A stretch of DNA of 29,829 nt, taken from a virus (Duplodnaviria > Caudoviricetes). How positions within the stretch are numbered: the stretch's first letter is position 1; each line of letters begins with the position of its first letter. This document shows, piece by piece, positions 25,060-29,829 of this stretch. Location of the stretch: the IMG/VR virus record IMGVR_UViG_3300020044_002202, positions 1 through 29,829 of that record; one strand, written 5' to 3'. Under the pieces are notes generated by a model. The model searched no databases. It had not been told where the DNA came from and saw only the letters and a program-made list of their open reading frames with translations. The translations under genes and the position numbers were made by a program.

Positions 25060-25346
25060 TTCATAATCCTTTGTTGGCGTCCCGATCGCCCAATTCGTGT
25101 GCCGTCTATCTTGATGTAGCCCTTTTCCAAGAGCGCCTTGTATCTCGCTGTTACGCTTGAATAAGGGAGTGTTGGGAAGATTTCTAGAACCTGATCGCTT
25201 ATACATCCGTTGTCTCCAAATGATTTGATGGCTTCATAGACCATTTTTTCTGTTTTTGTGGTGTCTATTTTCTCTGCTGCTTCAAATGATGTCTGTGGGT
25301 CGTTTCTGCGAAATAGTTTGGCAATGTGTGTTCCGAAATTCATCAT
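25050..25346 (-). CDS. Putative winged-helix DNA-binding protein
   Basis: RRNDPQTSFEAA...YSSVTARYKALLEKGYI...R..RSGRQQRI. Confidence 0.65.
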   Translation of the reverse strand: MMNFGTHIAKLFRRNDPQTSFEAAEKIDTTKTEKMVYEAIKSFGDNGCISDQVLEIFPTLPYSSVTARYKALLEKGYIKIDGTRIGRSGRQQRIMKCQ

Positions 25347-25365
25347 ATCTTGTCCTGTTTTATAG

Positions 25366-25438
25366 GTGGGGGTACTCCGCTACGTCCAAGTCCTGTTACC
25401 CGAGAACTCCCGAGTCATGGCATCCGCTTTCCCCCCGT
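25366..25438 (-). ncRNA. Candidate structured RNA (intergenic)
   Basis: Minus strand GGGGG-GAAAGCGGATGCCA...TGGACGTAGCGGAGTA-CCCCC gives a closing stem, a GAA/AGUA internal loop and an inner hairpin ACTCGGG/CTCGGGT. Confidence 0.5.
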
Positions 25439-25443
25439 GAAAC

Positions 25444-25635
25444 TTACTCTCCGAATGCTTCCTCTTGAGCTTTAATCATGGCAATAGCCACGTTTTTAGC
25501 TGCTTGAGCAACATTGTTTGGGTCAACATTCACACCAAAAGGGATGCTTTGGATGATGCCATTGGTAGCCAATGCAAAGAAGATTTTGAAGTCTTCACGT
25601 TGGTTGTGTTTGATAATGAACTTTTCTTCGCTCAT
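25444..25635 (-). CDS. Hypothetical protein
   Basis: MSEEKF...REDFKIFFALATNGII...AKNVAIAMIKA resembles the tail of 29334..29555. Confidence 0.6.
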   Translation of the reverse strand: MSEEKFIIKHNQREDFKIFFALATNGIIQSIPFGVNVDPNNVAQAAKNVAIAMIKAQEEAFGE

Positions 25636-25636
25636 A

Positions 25637-25765
25637 TTACATTCCACAACCACAAAGCTGTTTACCGTTCATTTGAACTACGCAACGGTATGGAGCGTAA
25701 GAAGGGCAAGAAGCAGCGGCAATGCCAGAAGCAACCAAGAGAGCGATAGCAATGAGTTTTTTCAT
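25637..25765 (-). CDS. Secreted cysteine-rich peptide, 42 aa (not in ORF track)
   Basis: AGGA RBS. MKKLIAIALLVASGIAAA-SCPSYAPYRCVVQMNGKQLCGCGM fills the gap between its neighbours exactly. Confidence 0.75.
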   Translation of the reverse strand: MKKLIAIALLVASGIAAASCPSYAPYRCVVQMNGKQLCGCGM

Positions 25766-25773
25766 GTGATGTC

Positions 25774-26265
25774 CTATTTAATGGTTAAACGGTCTTTGCG
25801 AACAATCTGTGCGCCGCCAATAGCTTCGCCAGCCAAAATCGCATTTTTGATCTTGGTCTTGCTTGGCTCTGGTGGCTTTGGGTCGTTGCAAAGCTCGGGT
25901 GGAAAGGTTGCCCCTTCGTCAATCTCAACCGATTCATCTCGGCCAACATACAGCTTCACTTCAAAAGAGCCATCATCGGCTTTAATCTCTGTGATGCCTG
26001 AGACTTTCATGTTGTCAGCAAGGTACTCACGAAGCCGTTTGGCCTTGTTTTCCCTTGATGTTTGGAGAGCCTTGATGCGCTTGATGGCGGTCTTGGCTTG
26101 TTCTGCTTCTGATTCAGTGTTCAACACATAGGCTGCAACCTGTGTGATCTTGCTGCCAAGCTGAACACGGAATTCCTCAAACTCAGGCTTGGCTACGCCG
26201 TCCTCGTCGAACAGGTCGTCAAGTTGATTGCGGAACTCATGTGTGAGTTGATAAAGGGATGTCAT
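25774..26265 (-). CDS. Siphovirus Gp157-family protein
   Basis: MTSLYQLT...IKRIKAL...RLREYL..NM...KTKIKNAILAGEAIGGAQIVRKDRLTIK. Confidence 0.85.
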   Translation of the reverse strand: MTSLYQLTHEFRNQLDDLFDEDGVAKPEFEEFRVQLGSKITQVAAYVLNTESEAEQAKTAIKRIKALQTSRENKAKRLREYLADNMKVSGITEIKADDGSFEVKLYVGRDESVEIDEGATFPPELCNDPKPPEPSKTKIKNAILAGEAIGGAQIVRKDRLTIK

Positions 26266-26868
26266 TTAGAACCCTTCGCGTGGCATTGCAGCCAGCTCTG
26301 CGTACTGTGGGGACTTCTTGATGGTGTCTGACAACCATTCAGGCAAAGTCTCAAACGTAGCCCAATCAGGTTCGTCAAGATTGAATGTCACAACTTCATG
26401 GTCTGGAGCTGGTTTAGCGTTCTTCAAAGCTGATGGCAATGGAGTGATGGCAGAAATATTGGTGTAAGTCTTGCCGTCTTTTTCGCTGGTGGTGATGTTC
26501 AACATACAGTAAACATTCAAAATGTTTGTGATGTCGAAACCTTCCAACTCCTCTGGTGAGAAGTCACGACCACGCCAAGAGGTCAAATCCTTGCGTAGAC
26601 CAGCTTTTTCATTGAGGGATAGGGTATAGGTCTTCCCGATGGTCATTTGACGCTGTACGCCCTCGTATTCAACCGTCAATGGTGCGCCTGTTTCGTCTTC
26701 TCCGAACACTTCCCAACCCAAACGGATTTTGTGTTGAACGGATTGACCAAATTTGCCATCTGACAACTGCTCGCCCATGTCCACCAATAGGTAGCAACGA
26801 GCAATGTAGGAACCGGGTGGAATGCGTTTGAAGTCAGCATTACCTTTGTCTTTTGCAATAAATCCCAT
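26266..26868 (-). CDS. Putative ssDNA-binding/replication-recombination protein
   Basis: PPGSYIARC..LVDMG, YTLSLNEKAGLRKDLTSWRG, OB-like YTNI. Adjacent to Gp157. Confidence 0.6.
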   Translation of the reverse strand: MGFIAKDKGNADFKRIPPGSYIARCYLLVDMGEQLSDGKFGQSVQHKIRLGWEVFGEDETGAPLTVEYEGVQRQMTIGKTYTLSLNEKAGLRKDLTSWRGRDFSPEELEGFDITNILNVYCMLNITTSEKDGKTYTNISAITPLPSALKNAKPAPDHEVVTFNLDEPDWATFETLPEWLSDTIKKSPQYAELAAMPREGF

Positions 26869-26894
26869 TTTCTTCTTTCGTTTAAAAACCGCAA

Positions 26895-27101
26895 TTACAG
26901 GTCTGCGGAATGACCTTTTTCCATTTGTTCAATCAGACTTTTTTGAGCTTGCATGACTTTTTCAGCCGACTCCATCAAGATACAAAGTTCATAGATTGAT
27001 GATTCAAGGTAGCCAACTTGAAAAGCAAGCCTTGCTCTAGCGTCTTTGCTGTGGTTTTCTGATGCAGCTTTTGCTGCGTCAATTACGATTTGGGCATCCA
27101 T
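26895..27101 (-). CDS. Hypothetical protein
   Basis: GGGG RBS. MDAQIVID...RLAFQVGYLES. Confidence 0.6.
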   Translation of the reverse strand: MDAQIVIDAAKAASENHSKDARARLAFQVGYLESSIYELCILMESAEKVMQAQKSLIEQMEKGHSADL

Positions 27102-27102
27102 A

Positions 27103-27294
27103 TTACCCCCAAATCCTGAAAAACAGGTAGCCACCAAAGAAAGAAAGAGCAATGTAGTACCAAAACTCATAGCCAATTTCTTTTGGCTGATGTGGCTCAA
27201 ACCACAAGGAGCGTTCAAGCATGGCGTTGTGTTCAACGGTATCGGGAAATGCGTCATCCATTGTGCGCGGGTACATACGGGTTGTGTCATTCAT
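27103..27294 (-). CDS. Hypothetical protein with C-terminal TM helix
   Basis: ATGA overlap. TTRMYPRTMDDAFP...WYYIALSFFGGYLFFRIWG. Confidence 0.6.
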   Translation of the reverse strand: MNDTTRMYPRTMDDAFPDTVEHNAMLERSLWFEPHQPKEIGYEFWYYIALSFFGGYLFFRIWG

Positions 27295-27542
27295 GGCTGG
27301 TTCCATTCTTCAATAACTCGTTTCATGTCGATCTCACAGTATTGCTTAATCTCATCTTGTTCGGAAGGGGTTAGGTAATCCCAAATGTCTTTTTTGTCAC
27401 GGATAACGCTGATTTCAAATTGGTCTTGTTCACCAACTGATTTGTCACCCTCCATAAAGACGAAGTTCACGAGAACGTCAGGGAAGGTTTCTGTTGACCA
27501 TTCATCAAGGTAATGAATGAAAGTGCTGTGTAGGTTTTTCAT
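27291..27542 (-). CDS. Hypothetical acidic protein
   Basis: ATGA overlap. MKNLHSTF...EGDKSVG...DIWDYL. Confidence 0.6.
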   Translation of the reverse strand: MKNLHSTFIHYLDEWSTETFPDVLVNFVFMEGDKSVGEQDQFEISVIRDKKDIWDYLTPSEQDEIKQYCEIDMKRVIEEWNQP

Positions 27543-27670
27543 AGCCACCCCATCCCTATTGATGCTGCCGCGCCAATGAAAATCAAACCAGTGATTCGAC
27601 CAAGCAAAGGGTCGTGATGAGGAGCAATCCAGATGGTTGCAAGCAAGATTGCCATTTGTGTGTTTGTCAT
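27539..27670 (-). CDS. 43-aa membrane microprotein (not in ORF track)
   Basis: AGGA RBS. MTNTQMAILLATIWIAPHHDPLLGRITGLIFIGAAASIGMGWL. Confidence 0.55.
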   Translation of the reverse strand: MTNTQMAILLATIWIAPHHDPLLGRITGLIFIGAAASIGMGWL

Positions 27671-27699
27671 GTTGTTTCCTGTTTTCATCCTTATCGGAC

Positions 27700-27794
27700 A
27701 GACGTAGTATACACAACTAAACAGTCGAGTAAAGTAATCCCGACTAAGTTGAAGGGTCTATACCAGTATAGAGAAATCAACTATAATCCAGACC
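27700..27794. promoter_or_regulatory. Divergent early promoter/operator region
   Basis: Leftward TATACT (27711-27706) with TTTACT 16 nt upstream. Rightward TATAAT at 27782-27787. Palindrome CTATAC-ca-GTATAG at 27758-27771. Confidence 0.65.
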
Positions 27795-27965
27795 ATGAAA
27801 AAACAAGACGCAATCAAGTTGGCTGGCAGTGCCATCAAACTCGCCAAGGTTCTCGGCATCACAAAGGGTGCTGTGTCTCATTGGGGTGAAGACATCCCAA
27901 AGGGACGAGAGTATGAGCTTCGTTACATCAAGCCTGAGTGGTTCCAAGAGGAGAAAAAGAAATGA
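27795..27965 (+). CDS. cro: Cro-like HTH regulator, 56 aa (not in ORF track)
   Basis: MKKQDAIKLAGSAIKLAKVLGITKGAVSHWGEDIPKGREYELRYIKPEWF, an N15/P22-type Cro pattern. Confidence 0.85.
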   Translation: MKKQDAIKLAGSAIKLAKVLGITKGAVSHWGEDIPKGREYELRYIKPEWFQEEKKK

Positions 27966-28138
27966 GCTACGCGCCAGAATCAGAAACAGATGCTCTCATC
28001 AAGCCTGACACACGAACGCCAGCACAGAAAAAGTTGGATTGGCTTTTGGAAGTGAATGACGCTTGGGAGCAAGGCGCAGAGCCATACAATGTCTTGTACC
28101 AAATTGCAATTGATTTAATCGAAAAGGACATGAAATGA
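27962..28138 (+). CDS. Hypothetical protein
   Basis: ATGA overlaps on both sides. GAGGAG RBS. Confidence 0.7.
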   Translation: MSYAPESETDALIKPDTRTPAQKKLDWLLEVNDAWEQGAEPYNVLYQIAIDLIEKDMK

Positions 28139-28440
28139 GCTACGCAGAAGTTGAAATGAAAGTCATCCAATGGTCGGAGGCTCGTAAGATTATTCCGAAC
28201 AGCACCCCTATTGCCCAATGGAAAAAGGCCGCAGAGGAGCTAGACGAATTGCGCGATGCTTTGGTCAAGAATGACCTTGCAATGGCGATTGACGGTGTTG
28301 GTGATACCGTTGTATGCCTCATCAACATTTGCGCCTTGTTGGACATCAACTTGGTGGAATGCTTGAAGGTTGCTTACGAAGAAATCAAAGACCGCAAGGG
28401 TACGATGAACGCAGAAGGCATCTTCGTCAAAGAAGTGTGA
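28135..28440 (+). CDS. MazG-like NTP pyrophosphohydrolase
   Basis: KAAEELDEL...IDGVGD (EExxE...DxxxD) and AYEEIKDRKG. Confidence 0.85.
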   Translation: MSYAEVEMKVIQWSEARKIIPNSTPIAQWKKAAEELDELRDALVKNDLAMAIDGVGDTVVCLINICALLDINLVECLKVAYEEIKDRKGTMNAEGIFVKEV

Positions 28441-28450
28441 TATAGTTTTT

Positions 28451-28533
28451 GAAACAGCGGCTAGGTCTTGGGTAGCTCCCTTGACTGAAAAGAGTTACCC
28501 CCTTCTCCTGCCGATTGTTTCTTTTCTAAGGGG
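28451..28533 (+). ncRNA. Candidate multi-stem leader RNA upstream of the replication gene
   Basis: GAAACA-g-CGGC-t-AGG pairs with CCT-GCCG-at-TGTTTC and encloses two hairpins. Extended -10 TGaTATAGT at 28438-28446. Confidence 0.55.
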
Positions 28534-28548
28534 CGTACAAAGGCGGGT

Positions 28549-29337
28549 ATGCACTACTACCAATTCAACATTGGCGATTACGCCAGTCACACTCGGCATC
28601 TCGATTTGCTGGAAGACTTGGCTTATCGCAGGATTCTTGACCTCTACTATCTCCATGAACGCCCGTTGAGCGGCGATGCAACGCTCGTTGCCAAGCAGAT
28701 TGGCATGAGAGATGACGCTTCAATCGTTCGCGATGTTCTCAATGAGTTCTTTGAGAAGACGGACGATGGGTACGTCAACAGTCGAGCAGACAAGGAAATT
28801 GCTCACTACCACTCAAAAATCGAACAAGCGTCACGCGCTGGTAAAGCATCCGCTGAACGTAGGTCTAACGGACGCTCAACGGACGTTCCAACGGACGTTC
28901 AACCAAACAATAAACAAGAAACAATAAACAAGAAACAAACAAAAGAGAAGGTCGCTGACGCTCCCGTTGTTTTGCCAGATTGGATGCCTTTGGAAACTTG
29001 GGCTGCGTATTTGGCGATGCGAAAGAAAATCAAGAAGCCAGCAACCGACTATGCGATGAAGCTCTTGGTTGACAAGTTGGCGAAGTTCAAGGCCAACGGG
29101 CAGGATGTCCAAAAGGTCTTGGAGAAGTCAATCACCGCTGGTTGGCAGGATGTCTTTGAAATCCATGACAAGCAACCGTTTGGCAACAAGTTCGATGTAG
29201 CGCACACCACTACACCGCCACCGCCAAACCAAGACGCTGCTCTCAAGAAGATTGCGGAAGACCGAAAGAAGGCTGTGCCAATGCCTGCCGACATCAAGGC
29301 GAAGATGGCTGAATTGACAAAGGGGATGAAGGTATGA
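28549..29337 (+). CDS. YdaU/DUF1376-family putative replication initiator
   Basis: MHYYQFNIGDYASHTRHL..LEDLAYRRILDLYY, AGKASAERR, C-terminal LPDWMPLETWAAYLAMRK domain. Confidence 0.85.
   Translation: MHYYQFNIGDYASHTRHLDLLEDLAYRRILDLYYLHERPLSGDATLVAKQIGMRDDASIVRDVLNEFFEKTDDGYVNSRADKEIAHYHSKIEQASRAGKASAERRSNGRSTDVPTDVQPNNKQETINKKQTKEKVADAPVVLPDWMPLETWAAYLAMRKKIKKPATDYAMKLLVDKLAKFKANGQDVQKVLEKSITAGWQDVFEIHDKQPFGNKFDVAHTTTPPPPNQDAALKKIAEDRKKAVPMPADIKAKMAELTKGMKV
28867..28945 (+). repeat. Iteron-like repeats plus A-rich repeats, probable replication origin
   Basis: AACGGACGYTC at 28867, 28878 and 28890. AAACAATAAACAAG at 28905 and 28919. Confidence 0.7.
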
Positions 29338-29555
29338 AAAAAACAGGTGGACACGCATTTCCAGATTTCTTGCATGACGGAATGACATTGCGTGATTACT
29401 TTGCTGCCAAAGCGATGCAAGGAATTTTTGATAGTGCAATTGATTGGTTTCCTACTGGTCAAAAAGCAGATGAAGAAAGTTTGAAAGTATTTAAAGACAT
29501 TGCTCAAGATTCTTATGCAATGGCAGACGCAATGCTGAAAGCGAGGGAGGAATGA
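29334..29555 (+). CDS. Conserved phage hypothetical protein
   Basis: GGHAFP...GMTLRDYFAAKAMQG...SYAMADAMLKAR, a recurrent phage motif. Confidence 0.8.
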   Translation: MKKTGGHAFPDFLHDGMTLRDYFAAKAMQGIFDSAIDWFPTGQKADEESLKVFKDIAQDSYAMADAMLKAREE

Positions 29556-29829
29556 TTGGCAACGAAAAAACAGAAAGAAGCCCCAAGACTGTTTGGGCCA
29601 CCACTGGAGCGCCCAAGCACATACAAAGGCGGAATAACCCAAGCGGAGTTGGAACACATGAGGGACTGCGAAGCCCGAGAGTGGATAAGAAGGTACAAAG
29701 AGAAGGCGCAGACCACTTCTGCTATCGAAGCATCGAATTGGTGGCAGCACCATTTAGAACAAATGCAGCGAATCAGAGGCGAATCCGCTACTTTGGATTT
29801 GAGGCGGCGCATGACTGAACAACAAAAGA
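29556..29829 (+). CDS. Hypothetical protein, 3'-partial
   Basis: GGGAGG RBS then TTG. Open to the window end: MATKKQKEAPRLFG...CEAREWIRRY...WW...IRGESA. Confidence 0.6.
   Translation, partial: MATKKQKEAPRLFGPPLERPSTYKGGITQAELEHMRDCEAREWIRRYKEKAQTTSAIEASNWWQHHLEQMQRIRGESATLDLRRRMTEQQK

Noticed and set aside
25514-26131. 205-aa + strand ORF and similar long antisense ORFs (5556..6080, 18524..19120)
   Set aside because: They lie opposite well-supported genes and show no motifs or RBS.
28480-28500. Hammerhead ribozyme suggested by CTGAAAAG
   Set aside because: Lacks the CUGANGA plus separate GAAA core arrangement.
29049-29818. ORFs 29049..29753 (-) and 29552..29818 (+)
   Set aside because: The first is a shadow of + strand genes. 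The frame starting TTG 29556 looks more protein-like than 29552, though this choice is not certain.

Overview
The window is about 30 kb of a dsDNA tailed phage genome with an HK97-fold head and a non-contractile (sipho-type) tail. The host is probably a Proteobacterium (inference from gene families only). The + strand late operon runs: terL (5'-truncated), GIY-YIG homing endonuclease, portal, prohead protease, TWO tandem capsid paralogues separated by a terminator, head-tail connectors, TWO tandem tail-tube paralogues, HK97 gp10-like protein, tail chaperones with a -1 frameshift, tape measure, a fibre-like gene, Dit, hub, GNAT, central tail fibre, Gly-rich fibre, cupin, and a lysis region with an antisense HNH gene between holin and GH24 lysozyme. 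A leftward early operon follows (Gp157, an SSB-like gene, and several microproteins missing from the ORF track, including a secreted 4-Cys peptide). After a divergent promoter region come cro, MazG-like and DUF1376/YdaU replication genes with a likely internal origin. The most unusual points are the paired capsid and tail-tube duplications, the first 316 bp being an inverted 92%-identical sister allele of terL (probably an assembly chimera), two candidate structured RNAs, and the secreted cysteine-rich peptide. No integrase, CI repressor, tRNA or CRISPR array was seen. All family assignments come from motif recognition and gene order, not database searches.
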